This document shows positions 35,601 through 49,684 of a stretch of DNA of 64,000 nt, one piece after another. The DNA comes from Bugula neritina (Eukaryota; Animalia; Bryozoa). Numbering within the stretch: position 1 is the first letter of the stretch; each line of letters begins with the position of its first letter. A program made the translations under genes and the position numbers. Below the pieces are notes generated by a model, which worked only from the letters and a program-made list of their open reading frames with translations, made no database searches and was not told where the DNA came from. The DNA lies in the NCBI GenBank assembly GCA_964035545.1, contig OZ037766.1, positions 20,014,767-20,078,766 on the forward strand. The letters run 5' to 3'.

Positions 35601-38600
35601 AGCCGAAAAGACACAGCAAATGTATCCACATAACCTACCCTGACAGATAATTTAAAGTTTCAGCAGTTTTAGTATGTGATAACTTGTTTATGTTTAGTGA
35701 ATAGACATGTGTTTGCTGGCTCCAATGTGCATTTCACAGCAATATTTAGATGTTCCCATACAGTGTTGACAACTGTTGATAGAGTTTCAAGTAGAAATGA
35801 TATTTTGTTTATCTCAAATTAGATTAATTGATTTAATATTTGAGTTAGAGATGCAACTGTTTATCACGTGACTCTAAATTTAGCAAAAGCAGCTGTTTCA
35901 CACCTGCAAGTACCAAGGCAATGCAACTTATGACCGCTGAAAGTTGAGCCACATGCGCAACTTGCGGCACAAAAACATCCTCCGGCAGCACTCATTGGCA
36001 GCCTGTAGAACGGGCACCAAGAAATGCATAACACAACGACAGAAAGAAGACCACATACTTGTCATCCAACTTGCTAGTGATATAAGGTTCAAAGGTGAAT
36101 GGTTCGTGCTGCAATGAGTCATCTGGAGGAAGTCTCCTCACAAACTCTGAGTATTGCATTCCTGGTTCATATAGTCTACAGTTCTCACAAAGAGTCTGGT
36201 ATTGTACAGGGGCGGGCGCTGACACCGTGTGTTGCAACTGAAAATAGGCTATGGTAGCCGCCTTCATAGTTCGCTCACAGAGCGTGATCAGCTCTCGCAC
36301 TTGGCTCAAGATTACACCCTGAAAATACAACAGCAACATTAGCAGACGTATATATCATCTCTCAATCTGGTGAAACCTGCAAGGGAGACAACCAAAAGTG
36401 GAAGAAACGTGAAACAATAACTTTATAGAGACTGCTTACTTAAACATGTTCAAGAAAATCCATGTCCAGAAATATTCAAATGCTAACTTTTAGCATTGCA
36501 ATATTTAACAGCATAAAACAAAAAACTGTCATTATACAATGATGCAATGGTGCAATGAACATCCAGGATGAGTTAGCATTGATATAACAAGGCCCAAAGG
36601 TGAACTCAAATATAGCAACAAGATGATGCAAGCAGTGAATCTAATACAAACAATGCTGGCATTACTAAGAGAGGCTACATTACGTGTGTATGTGACTGTC
36701 CGCACACACTCAGACTATAAAGGAAGTGAGTGCATACCTTAGACTTCTCTAGCTCACTCTGTCTAAAGTTAGCCTCAAACACACATGACTTATAAGTGGT
36801 CTCTGCCTCAGTCGCTCTTGTCAACATCTCTTCTGTCATCTTCTTCTTTTTGTCTAACTGTTTGAGAGCAGACAAGCCGGAGCTGTTGCCCAGAGCGTCA
36901 CTCTCCAGTCTGGTTGCTGTATCCTACAAGGTGAAGGTCGTCATGAAGGAACATTCTGCTTACATCATTTAGAAAATTCCGATGAGGGTGGCAAGATACA
37001 GGCAAGCTCAATTATACCACTTCTCTCGTTGGAAGTGACAAAAATAAACTTTTGGCATTTGGCTTATTATTGAAACAATATTTATGGTAGTGAAAGATTT
37101 CTAGTAAAAGGCAAAAATAACGTTAGATTTTATATACAAGTCCTTACCTTTGCCTTCTCATACTCCATACTTCTCTGGTCATACAATAGTTTAGCTTTCT
37201 TTAAATTAGTGATTGCATCATTCATCCGTTTAACTTCTTTAGTCCAATCGTCTCGTAACATTTTTCGAGCTTTTTCATGTTCGGCTCTGCGCTGAGAAAG
37301 AGGCTCTATGAACTTCTGATTTTGGATAAGATTACATGCTGCTTGAGCAGTGTTGGCAAAGTCTTTGTCCTATGTCAATTTCAAGGAAGAAAATTATGGA
37401 CCAGTAATTTCAACCGATATTATTGTACAACAATTATATTTATACATAAATTAACTGTTACTCCCCTCAACATATACATATATGTAAGTATGTAATTACA
37501 GGATTAATATTATCTTGTCGAAAACAACCTGAATATAACTTGGAATTCCCAATCAGTTTGAATGATGAGACCCACTGTTCAAACAGAGTAAGCTAGAATA
37601 CCTCAGATAATAATATATTGCATAACATTTTTACGCAGCAAACTCTAATGAATGACGAAATATTTATCTAGGGTAATAAATTATAGCATTTATAAACAAA
37701 ATCATAATTATAACCATCATGAATATAAGCACAGTGGTAAGGTACCATATTCTAAATATCACCATAGTGTAAGGTAGTGCATTAGATCAACATAACACTT
37801 CAAGTGACTTACCAACAAAACCACAAGAACACAGCTATTTAGCCGGCAACAATGCCCTATCAATGAATTTTGTCAACTGCTTTCTATACCAGGTTGAAAA
37901 ATTAGAACATGGTAGGCTGAACTGGTAAATTAATTTATGACAAAATCTATTAAATAGGTTTGCTGAGTCATACCACTCCAATGCTGTATCACAGCAGCTA
38001 AGAAGTTTCGGCATATTTTATTATTTTATACATATGGTTGAGTCAGCCCTGCAGCTATATATTAATATGTTCAGCATAGAAAATGTACACTGGTGTATGG
38101 TAATGTATATCAAGTGTGTTTGGATTCTAGCTGCAATTATTACCCTTAATGTTCGAATCTAACACTTTTCACCTCACCTGGTCAAGAGCTGTTCCAAATA
38201 TTGACTGAAAGGGCAGGAAACTCTGCAATAAAAACACCAGAAATAGAGGTTTATATCAACAGAGTTTGTTGGTAGCCACCCAGCTTCTCTGGCAGCTATT
38301 GGAAAATATAATACCTTTTATTACATTGAAAAAAATTGCTGTCAAGAATTTTACAGCTGTTGGGGGAACCTCTCTCTAACTTGTTTTAAATGTTATGCCA
38401 ATTTCAGAGATTACTAATATTATTTGTTTGAAACGTTAATTTAAAAGCCAAAGATTCACCCAAAATGAAATATATTGATAATACAGTTGCAGAAATAAAA
38501 ACAACATTTGAAAAGCAAATAAGCTAGTTTGACCAATTAGCATGGCCAATACATGTAAAGGTGAATGTTAACATGGGCATGTACAAGAGAATAGAGACAA

Positions 38601-41600
38601 GATGAGATAACTCACATTCTCCATGACAACTGGTCGAGTGGCATGAGCTAACTTCGACAATCCCCGAGCAAACTCTGCCTCTAACATTAAATAGAAAAAA
38701 GAATATGCAAGAATCTAGAGAATGTAATGCATAATTTAAGAGTAACGCAATATCACAAATAAAAAATCAATGAGATTACACTAAAAATTAAAACATAAGT
38801 GGACAATAGTTGAACAACCTTTCCGTACCTTTGCTACACCAGATAGTTTATTGTAATCTAGGTATTCTGACACTTAGATAACATTATGATGCACAACCAG
38901 GGTCTGGTTAAACAATTTTTGATACAGAACCATGTTTGCATAGGCACATATTTTTAAGCAATAGAGTTTGACCTTGCTAATAAGTAGATGTGAGGTTTGG
39001 CTGTAGAAGATGCCTGAGAATTCTACAGCCAGTAAGCACCTGCCAAAGTTCACCGAGCACAGAATTTGAAATATGCTGTAATACTCTGGCTTAGAGTGAT
39101 GTAAGTAAGGGTGCTGAATAGCTAATCTAAATATATTATTTCAGTTATTTGGCCTCAGTATAACTTTTAAGTATTGTATAATAATACAATAGTGGCTACA
39201 ATCTAAAATGGAAAGTGGCGACAAACATACTGTGCAGTTTAAATTTCTATTATAATAGTTACCAAGATTTAGTAAGCAGCTACTAAGGAGTAGCACAATT
39301 TCGCTTCAAACAAAAGCTACACTGCACGCTATTGCCTCTTGGTGATCCATGAAATTGCCAGTAAATAACAGACTGAAGAACATTTCAAAATGTTTTCCAC
39401 AAAAACACCATTATTAGTCTCACAACTAAAACAATAGTTGGAATCATAAGAACTGTGTTAGCAGAGCATACCTAGCTGTGTTCTCTTCTCTATGTAGGTT
39501 ATCACGTCCTTGGCATACTTGGACCAGGCTTTTGCCCTGTCTAACGCTAATTCCACTCCAGAGTCCATCTGAAGCAGGTGGGCATCCATCTTGGCTGCGG
39601 ACAGCAATTCTATAAAACCCATTTCTACTAACTTCTTTCAAGACACAAAACTAATTTATTTGCAGTAATAAATACAGAACTTTACTTGCTGCAACAGCTA
39701 GGACTATATTATGAACTGATTAACAAATAACGATTCCTTTATACCAAACACCAATGTTTACAAGTATATGGATAGATTGCTACTGATAGCCAAAGTGTGA
39801 AATAAAGTTGAAAGTCATAAAACCTCTATTGTAAATCAGGTCAATAATGATAAAAGAAATCGAAGAAAGTCGAACAATCATTATTCAATGTTACAAGAGA
39901 CTCGAGAGAAGCCTACTGGTATTGTGAGCTAGCACAAGAGAAAAACCAATTGTAAGAAACAATTGTATTGAATCAGAAAAATAGTGAGTCACCATGCACT
40001 CGACAAAGAAAGAGAGATGGGGAAGTTGAATAGGGATAAAGAAACAAAAGCGTTCAAATTGGTTTGTGATATAGTTTGAGTTACTTCACCTCAATAAGGC
40101 ACCTCCTCATAACTTTAGGAAAGTTTAGAGTGCAGTTGTAAGGACATGACATTATCAAGTAAATAACAGAACCCAATCACAGCTGAACAACTGAACTTGA
40201 AATAAATCATGTGCAAGGAAAATATTTTTACACCCTGAGAACCAACGTTGACCTGTGGTAGAGTCAACACAAGGGTTGGAAAAACAAATGTGGACTCTGA
40301 TAAAAAGGCCTTCAGGCCCATGTAGAATAGAGGAGCGTAAGAGATGTGGTAGTCACAAGGCAAGTGTAGTACACCCCAGTCAAAGACAACAAGTATCTCT
40401 GTTATTTTTCCAGCTAAAGAACTCCAAACCTTTGACCCGTGTGAGCTAGAAATATCCTACCTTTAGGTGTTTCCATCTGCCTGACATCAGTACCTGACGT
40501 TGAACTGTCGAGGCTCTGTAAAGGAAATAGCAGAAACAATAAACAACTTAGTTAAAATTAGTAAACTGAGAGATAGATAAGACTCTGCTGCTAATACTTA
40601 TTGCTAGAGTGTCACACCGTAACTTGTGCCTCCACTGCAGTCACTTTTTACACAAATTTCAATATTGATGATATTTTAAACAATTTTTCTCTTAAAAAAC
40701 CAAGCATTGAAGTAAATTGGTATCAACTAATGTATCAGCCTAAAATATTACTGTTTTTATAAAATTTCTGATCATTTCCAATTGAGCACAAGACTAAGAG
40801 GGAGGGTTTTAATGTGAGAACACGACTATATCTGTCCTATTCAATACTGGGAGGTTGCGGTACAGATAATTTAATAGGGAGCAGGAGTTTTTGAGATTAG
40901 CCCCAAACCCCTGCCACATGATGCAGCACCAGCAACATGGTGCTGCTGGACAACATACTAGGGCTGGTCAAATAAACGTGAAATTCACATCTAAAATCTT
41001 TCAATTTAATATAATTTTTAAAAGATGCACCTCATTTTAAACATTAGTGGCCCAGTCTAAAAACGAGGACAATATAATGACCCTTAGGGTTTCAAGTTTG
41101 AATTGAACCAGCTTTTTGGTTATTATGTTCCCTTCTATCGAATTTACAACCTTCACTTAATAAGTGAGAAGCAAAATGTTACAACTAATGGATTTACCTG
41201 TTCACACCAGTAGATTCTAAGTGCACCTGGTACGCATGGTTTACTCAGGCATCCTAATATTGCATACACTAATTAGGGTAACTATGCAAGTGTAACTCCC
41301 AATTCCTCCCACCTTTTTTAGGATAACAGAAATTAGTAAGCCATTTAAATTCATTATAAATTTAAAAACTGAGTTTTATTCTTTAACTAAAGGAGATGAC
41401 TTTGCAAATTAAAAAAGTATTTTTTAAGCCAGTCTTTAAACGGTAAAGGTTGATGCGCCCAGAAATTACAAGCAAATTAAAACATTCAATTCTTGATGTG
41501 AATGGATTTGGAAGGAAGTTACAGATATTAAAGCAAGCTGTGGTAACAGTTTAAAAGCTGGAAGGCAGAGACGTAGTTTATGGTAATCATGAAATATGGT

Positions 41601-44600
41601 AGAAGATTTTTTTCTAACTTTGGTCAGTCCTTACTGATAAACAAGGAGAAATATATACAATAATTTGTTGAAATTTGCAAAGTTGAAATAGAAAAATCGT
41701 GTTTTATTACCAGTTCCTATAGCCCAAGGAATATTTTAGTGCTTAAAAAATCTAGAATGCAATACAAGAAGCCTAAAACTCTCACCTGCTGCATGGAACT
41801 GAGAGGGGTGGTAACAAATGATGTCTCCATATCCCCCATAAGATATTCAGACACACTACAACAAGAGATCAAGTTCAACATGATTTCTGCAGTTGCAAGT
41901 GAAGGATAAAGAGAGCCAAGACAATATTGACTAATTAGGAAGCAACTTACCTTTTTAATGGCATATATTATTCAGACAATATGAATAGAATAGCTGGAAA
42001 TTGTTGATCAGAGATTTATTCAGGTTTCTAGACTCAAGGTTTGAGAACGTTCAATAAACTAATAAACTGATACTTATTTAAAATCATACTACAGGTTTTT
42101 ATTTCTCCTGTTAGGCGCAAGCTTAGAGAAAATTACTTTATATACTACATAGCTAGACTTGCAACTAATATTATATTTCATATTTTGGGAATAACTAAGT
42201 GACTTTTTGGCTAGTCTCTGTTTTTAACAAACTGAAATATTAAACTACCTCAAATTCCAAAGTTTTGTCTTATCCTTATATTATAAGGATAAGACAAAAC
42301 TTTGGAATTTGAGGTAGTTTAATATTTCAGTTTGTTAAAAACAGAGACTAGCCAAAAAGTTGACAGATTTCGACAGAAGAGAAAAACTGTGAAAAATGAG
42401 CTTACCTTTTACAGAGTCTTACATTTACTAATGTGTTTTACTAAGTAGCAAATTTATCAGATAATTTAATGCTACTACTCCAATGGCAAGCACTAGCCCT
42501 CTGTGTCAAGCCAGTGATAAGTATATGATTAGCTAGCACTTGTTACAACTTTTGTCTGTCATCAATATATAATAACAAAGGTGACACATAGCAATCCTCT
42601 ACTATTATAAACAATCAACAGTGGAGTGGTGATAACCACGCTTATTTCATCCTATTGTTTTGGCCCAGGCTTGTGTTTTTGCAGTGAACTTTGCCTTGCT
42701 AACATGAACATTAAAAGTGCAGCACAGCTTGTATGTCTTGCTCCCTGTAACATCTGCTGCATAAGGAAAACTTGTAGTTCTATTTAGTTACTACCAAATT
42801 TAACCGAACAAGCCTACATACAACTACAAGAATGTTCCAACAGCAATTTAAGTTGATATTCTTAGAAGCGAAGAATTATCAAATCTTGTGAGAAAAATTA
42901 ATATTTTCTAGGCAAGCCTAAATAATAAAACTAAATTTAATAAACATTTTGAATAAGTAATGATGTAGCTTAGTTAAAGACATGGTATGTATAGTTATAT
43001 ATATTTCAATAACAGGTTTACTCCCAGCCATGGCCTGTAAAGGCAATTTATTTGAGGTATACATAAAGAGGGAGTATTGCGAAATATATTTAAGACTACA
43101 CCAACTTATGTTCTTAAAATATTATCAGCAAAAAAATAAAATTGCAATTTTCTATTTTTTTTTCATAATTAATACTGAAAATTACTAGAGACTCCATAGG
43201 AGTTGCATTCTCAATAAATCTTGTTACACCATAACTAGTGGGGAGTGTCTAAACTCTAGAGCATAATTGTGTGGTATTGCATCAACAAACAAATTAATCA
43301 AACTTGCAATTAGCAGAAATAATAATATATAATGTTAGTAACAAACTATTAGAATGTTAACTTAATGCCACATAAGAATGCTGAAGGTGAATATTCAAAA
43401 TAAATTACGTTTTGTTAGTTGCTTGACAAGTGGTTACTTATTGCCAACCAATATTAAAATGAAGCCCGAATAAGAAGTTTATTAATCAGCCCAGCACTAA
43501 CTTTGATAATGTCTTACTAAGACTACAAACTACAAACTATCTAATACAGACTGTAATACTAGGACTACAAACTAACTAGTACAGACTGTTCTACTAGGAC
43601 TACAAACTAACTAGTAGAGACTGTTCTACTACGACTACAAAACTAGTACAGATTGTAATATTAAGACTATAAACTAACTAGTGCAGACTGTATCAAAGTC
43701 TAGCAAAGAAAAACTACTTAGAAGATATCATGCAACAACAACATTAGAGCACTAATGCAAGCAGCAATTAGTGTTCACAAATCATGTGTTGACAATTAGC
43801 ATTTTCTAAATTGATATGATATAGTAGGTATATGCATAGCCATAAAATACAGACGCAACACTTTACAGAATTGCAGTGCAACAAATTAAAAAAATGTAAA
43901 AAGAGGCCAACTACAAGCCACTGTGATGCAAATGAATAAAGATAAGAATGGTTTAATGTTCCTATACCCTAATGTCACTTGCTGATATTGAGAGAGAAGA
44001 ATATCACAATGGTATTACCTTCCTAAACACTTGCTCCCACATTCGTACACACCAAGTTCATTAAACTTGCAGGTTTGTTTACACAAGCAAAGCATAATAG
44101 CAATAGTGAAGTTATATCAGCTGTAAGTTAGAATGCTGCCTGCTGACCAAGGGTTACTGAGCTGCCTAAGTCACACAACTCTATTACTGACTAGTAGAAG
44201 ATAACCTGCCAACAGTTGTCACTTGTGACGCAGCTGCTAGTAAACTTCATCTACCTGGCACGGAAGGACGTGCTGTTATTATACGTTGAGTAGTTTCTGC
44301 CTTCTACCATGTCACTAATTACTACTCTAAGACAAATGAGTATCGCATACAATGCAGTTTACAAGGCCATTTTCAACTAAATAATGTACTTGCCAAGTAA
44401 TTAGACTTTCCATGAAATGACTAGCACTTACCTTACCGTGTACTCAATATAATACCAATACTGAGCAATACTTACCTACTGCTGAATGACAGTGCTAACT
44501 GGTCAATGGCTTCCTTCAGCTCCATGAACTCCTGCTCGGCATCATTATAATTACAACCTGGGAATGAAGAGTCACATGTTTACAGAGAGGTCTGCCACAG

Positions 44601-47600
44601 CACTAGCTGGAAGGGGCAAGGGTAAGCCTATATTTAGATCAAGTTGCTGGCTGGAGTTGAGTATAAAATATTATTATAACAACTGCTGGCCATCTTGAAA
44701 ATGTAAGAAGCAGTGTTGATACTATCTGCATCTTTCAATCTCAACATAATAGATTGCTAGGGTAATTTAAAGCTATGGTGAGCAGAAAAGTGTTACAACA
44801 ATGACTCTAGATAACACCGCGAAATGCTAATACTTTCACATATTAAAATTACCATTGTAACTCTAAAGACAAACTATCATAATTACATATTAGTTTGGAA
44901 AATTCCAAAAAATAATATTTGTAATCTCAGTAAAGAATATGAAGAGAATACATGATGGTATGTCAGATATAAGGAGGTGGTGGAGCTAGACGCTGACCAA
45001 CAGAGACGGTGGTAACATCATCATAAACTGGACTTTACGTGACTTGATCTCGAAAGAAAAATGCAGGATGCAGGGGCAGATGTTGAAAGTATATTTAATT
45101 CGAAATCAACAGTAACTTCTACCAACAAACATGACAAATGGTAGGGAGATTGAGAGGAGTGGTCATTTACATTAGTTTAGACTTGAGAGAGTAAAAAGGA
45201 ATTTTAAAACAGATAAAACCGACAACTTCCACAAGTGACACAACAACAACGACATATAATCAATGTTACTGATAGCTGTTAAAGTAAAAGTCAGTTTAGG
45301 AAGTAAGGTTAAACCAGAAGTCAAATTGCATAACTACTTTATTTTTTCAGTCAATCACCCTTTGCTTATTATAAAAGCCAAAAGCATTAACCAATTCAAT
45401 AGCCATTTGAAGGTCATTTACACATAGTCATATTATCACAGCTTCTGCAATTTGCGTGGAGCAACAGTTTTCTAAAATACTGTGCACTGATGTAACTTAA
45501 TAGTAAAACTAATGTAACGCATTCTGTGTCAAGAGCATATTAAAAAACAGATTTAGAGAATTATCGATGTTACAAAATATATTGTTACAGTGATGAAAGA
45601 TATTTTGGTGAATTCAGTTTCCGGTTTCAGTTTGTCACTAGTTTTACCAGAGATAAAACCACAATAACACATTCAGAGAGCTATTATAGTCTCAGTTCAC
45701 AGCTGATTCTGTTATAGCTCCCAAGCTGTAAAAGTTAGTACTTCCCTAAGGCGATGGGCAATGTCAAAGTCTAAGTAGCTAATAATAGTATAAGGATTTA
45801 TCATAATGATAAAAGTCTCAAGAACTAGTAAGAGCATCGAGGTTCTATTCATCTCCAACTATTTTCATTTTATTTTGTATAAGCATTATTTAGTGACCAC
45901 CGATGAAATATAGGCCTACTAATAATTCTAGCTAATATAATCTTATTTATAAGTAAAACTGATGCAGCGGCTTCTGCCAGTAAAGTAAGAAGTATCTACA
46001 GGTTTGACATTTTACAACCTGCGTCATATCTAACATTCATTAAAACCTGCAACTTCAAGTCTGCATGGCTCCAGCCTCCTAAATACAATTAAAATGCTGT
46101 ACTGTTATCATAGCGTACTTTCAGTGTGGATAATTCATCAACTGGTTTGTAGCATTGTTGAAGAAAGTGAACTCAAAGTTCAAACAAGCGCTTTAGAATA
46201 AAAGACTGAATATAGATGAGTAATATACTCCTAAGTCCTAACTAGGCTGCTATAAAGTGAAACTAGCATGGGAGACATTCATGTTGCACAGCGGAATTTA
46301 GCAAAGCAGGAAAATAGCAAATCCGATAGCTAAACTCATTTCATCAAAACTTTAGACCATGAAATCCTACTGACTTGTAATGTACAGACCTTTGATCCTG
46401 CTAATGAGGATGCCTGTTGAAGTGAGCAGATCCGTAGAATTCACAGGAGGATATTTCTTGAGGATAGTTTTGAGTATACACAGAACTTCACCCAGTCTCT
46501 CATGAGCAGTGACTCTCAGCGACTCCCCAAGCTCTAGAGAATGAAATATAAGAGTAGACACTAGCAACTGCTGATGGCTAGTTGTAGCATGACCATGTCT
46601 TTGGAAGCAACTTGTACTAATATTGGTATAAAATTTGTGGTCAACAAATATAATATATGTATGTATATAGAGAACACAGGAATTCATAGCAACATAAACA
46701 ATGCAGAAAACTTGTCATTATAAAAATAAGGAGCAGTAGGGGGCAACCCTTAGACTGGTATAATCTAAAAAGATAAAATTGTCTACCATCGGTATCAGTA
46801 TAACAATGCTTGTAATGTGAAACCCTTGTTTTCATACATTTAAAAGGCATTGTTTCAAAGATATATAATTAAGCTATGCTCTTGCCTACTATATTGTCTG
46901 ACCCCATCGCCCTGGCAGACAGCTTAAAAAGGGAACAGAACAAGGAGCCGACTTTGCTTGTAGTTTAATTATTACAAACACGAATATCTTAGATTTGAGT
47001 GCAACCGTGCCTTTACTCATGCAGTGTTTAGTAGATCTTTACATAAAACTGGAACTATAATTAAAAAAAAACATTTATTTTACTAATATTAGTTCCATAT
47101 ACTTAAAACATGGTTCATCAGTTCAATAAATAATATTATTTTCACTAGAAAACTAAAATATTATATTCAAATGGTAAAAATTGATGGTAGCAAGAAAGTT
47201 CTATGGAACAGCTAGAGAGTTTAACGTGAATTGTAATTTCTCTTAGTTTAAATTTCTTATATTCACCCGCTAGCATTTGCTTACGCACTAATTTAGATAT
47301 TACATATTTGTGAAAAGTTATAAATAAAATAAATTTATAAATAATCTTGAAGCTTTATTATTGCAAGGTAATGCTTGGGCGTTTATAACCTCCCAGTTTT
47401 ACCTGAAATGAATGCTGTTAGTATAAACCAGAGTCAGCAAAAACCAAATTAGAATTACTCTAAAAGTTGTAACTATTTTGGGCAGTTCAGCTGCTGTTGG
47501 GATAAACTGCCACTCATTACATAATGACTAACCACCCATTTAAATTACTTTCCAAGAAAGTACTAACCAAAGCTTACAGCTCAGAAATTAAACTAAAACT

Positions 47601-49684
47601 GTTTGGTTGGGCATATTGAGATGCAGCAGATTTGGAGTTGCTAAAAATATCTGATGAAAATATACAAGTTTGAGAGTTCTTCGTTTAGTAGTTTACATTT
47701 TATAGTTGGCAGTGCTAAAACAGCTTGCAACTGATAGTCTTATCAAAGGATGAGTCAGTATAGTTTCAGTCTATAACTAGAAGGTACTAATTTTCAGCTT
47801 GCAAGTTAGTAATCCATAATACCTGTATTTTTGGTACAAAAGGAATATAAATTTTCTACAATGGTTTTATTATCATCATAGACTATAAATATCTAATAGT
47901 CAGAAATTTATGGGTGGCCCATTTTGGGCAATAAAACCAAAATAGGGAGCTAAAATAGCCATCAAGATGCAACCTAATAGAAGATACAGTATTAAACCAA
48001 GTTTGTTCAGGGTAGCGGTTAAGTTAGCCCTTGACTTGCTAACATTGTCAAATACTAGCTTATCCTATGTTAATGAAGACATAGATACTGGTATAACTGA
48101 AGCAAATAGCAAAATTATAGAGCTATACATGGAGTACACATTTTAAGTACATTACATCGCCCAAATACCTTGGAAAAATATAAGGGACCAATATAAGGGA
48201 CTGAAATCAAGGATCAATATGGAATTAATCAATCCTTTATTGTATAAATCCAGTTTTCCTTTTTACTGGACACCTGGTAACTCTTTTACTAAAGTTGCTC
48301 ACTACATAACTACATAATTGCAACAGCTTTGCTTAACTTCTATTTCAAGTTGTAATCTAACGCTAGGCCAGCCTGTTACCCACCACTATGCTGCTCAACA
48401 ATAGCAGATAGAACCTTATAAAGGTTAGGCTTGAGGCAACTTGACATTCACCTGTAACACAGCTGCAACAGGCATTAGTTTACTTACTATTGCTAGCTGC
48501 TCTAGTTAAAAGGTCTTACCGCCTACATGTTCACTATGCAGTCACCCAGATTTCAGGCAATAGTGCTTTGTAATAATTCATTTGAATATATACATGTAGA
48601 TTGATACATTAAAACACCATGAATAGTGCCTAAAAAGACTGTCATACATGCTGTTGAAATTGGTATGCTAACATATTTTATAGTAGCTGTAACTTCAAGG
48701 CCATTCCTTCAAGTCAACCAAGCATAGAATCACTGCATCCTATCTAGTTATACTACAGACTATAGACTATACTCTACAGACTATACTCTACAGACTATAC
48801 TCTATAGAGCAACACTTTATTGATGTAATCACGAGACATAAACTCAACTGAGTTTTACTTTCACCTTTGAACAAGACAACAATAGGCTACAGCCTAACCA
48901 AGGCGCATAAAAGCAGGACTTTTACTTTCTTACAGTCATTTTCAACTACAACTTTACTTTTTTCATTTATCAAATTTATAATAAACATTTTAATACAAAA
49001 CTGCTTCTGTAATGGATATCCAACTGTAACCACATTGAGCTGCATGCTCACGAAATGTGCAGTTAGTTATCCAACAGATGAATAAACCTTTTACTAACTA
49101 AGCCCACGCCATGCAGAAACCTAATCATCATGAATAGCATTTAGCATCATCTTGTTTGATTTGGATACAAATTGCTAATGAACATCCCCACCCCATGTGC
49201 TGCAGCAGATAAATCTCAACAACAAAACACTGTCATCTACCCTGAAATTACACCCAGTCAGTAATCAAGGTTGAAAGTGCATTAGCATATTTTATGATGA
49301 ATATTATGGGTGTTAATCTGCTCATCGTATTGCTGTGGACTGTAAGTATGGGTCATTTCTAATAGTCTATTTCTCCGACCAATCATCACAATAACATTTC
49401 AGGTATGATAAACACTTCAAAACTTTAATATTTTACTGCTTCCATGACTTCTAGAAAACTATTTAACATGCACCAGGACAGCATCATCAGCTACAGCTAA
49501 ATGTGCCCAAAATATTACAAAAGCACTAACCATTTCTTTTGTAGATGACATTGTGTAGTTTGGTGAGACTGTCACTGAAAGCTCTGACATCATGGGTCAA
49601 GGCCAACACCGTGTTCTGGTCCATCTGCTGTGTGTCTATAGTACCAGAAAATCCATGATCATTAACACCCAGAGAACGCCTCAT
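29638..49684 (-). CDS. Rho GTPase-activating protein, ARHGAP29 (PARG1)/ARHGAP45 (HMHA1)/GMIP family: N-terminal helical region, F-BAR, C1, RhoGAP, C-terminal PDZ-binding motif
   Basis: Exons (minus): 49699-49531 (ATG 49684), 46533-46390 (HERLGEVL), 44557-44476 (AIDQLALSFS), 41855-41786, 40515-40461, 39609-39472 (GVELALDRAKAWSKYAKD, F-BAR), 38680-38616, 38222-38178, 37369-37148, 36923-36738, 36318-36059, 35336-35131, 34860-34757 (HSFKKLRTPSRCRVC, C1), 34153-33965 (CHKKCL..FGV..VPNIVTQCIAEIDKRG), 33613-33479 (GLYRVSG arginine finger; LKLYLRQ), 33142-32967 (LPEPL), 32687-32525 (NQMSPSNLGIVFGPTL), 32150-31983, 31755-31677, 31358-31275, 30164-29638 (ends EPKFV*). Confidence 0.93.
34603..34733. repeat. 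20-bp minisatellite (ACTAGTGTTGACAGTGTGTG), about 6 copies
   Basis: Direct reading; lies just downstream (transcript sense) of the first C1 exon donor. Confidence 0.93.
42202..42360. repeat. Perfect inverted repeat, 79-bp arms with a 1-nt spacer
   Basis: 42202-42280 is the exact reverse complement of 42282-42360. Confidence 0.97.
43511..43691. repeat. Diverged minisatellite, unit about 33-35 bp (CTAGGACTACAAACTAACTAGTACAGACTGT..)
   Basis: About 5 imperfect copies. Confidence 0.85.
48751..48807. repeat. 14-bp minisatellite (TACAGACTATACTC)
   Basis: 3-4 copies. Confidence 0.85.

Noticed and set aside
44930-45260. Purine-biased segments resembling decayed LINE 3' ends (also ~39.9-40.1 and 41.3-41.6 kb)
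   Set aside because: No unambiguous RT or endonuclease motif readable by eye; needs RepeatMasker.
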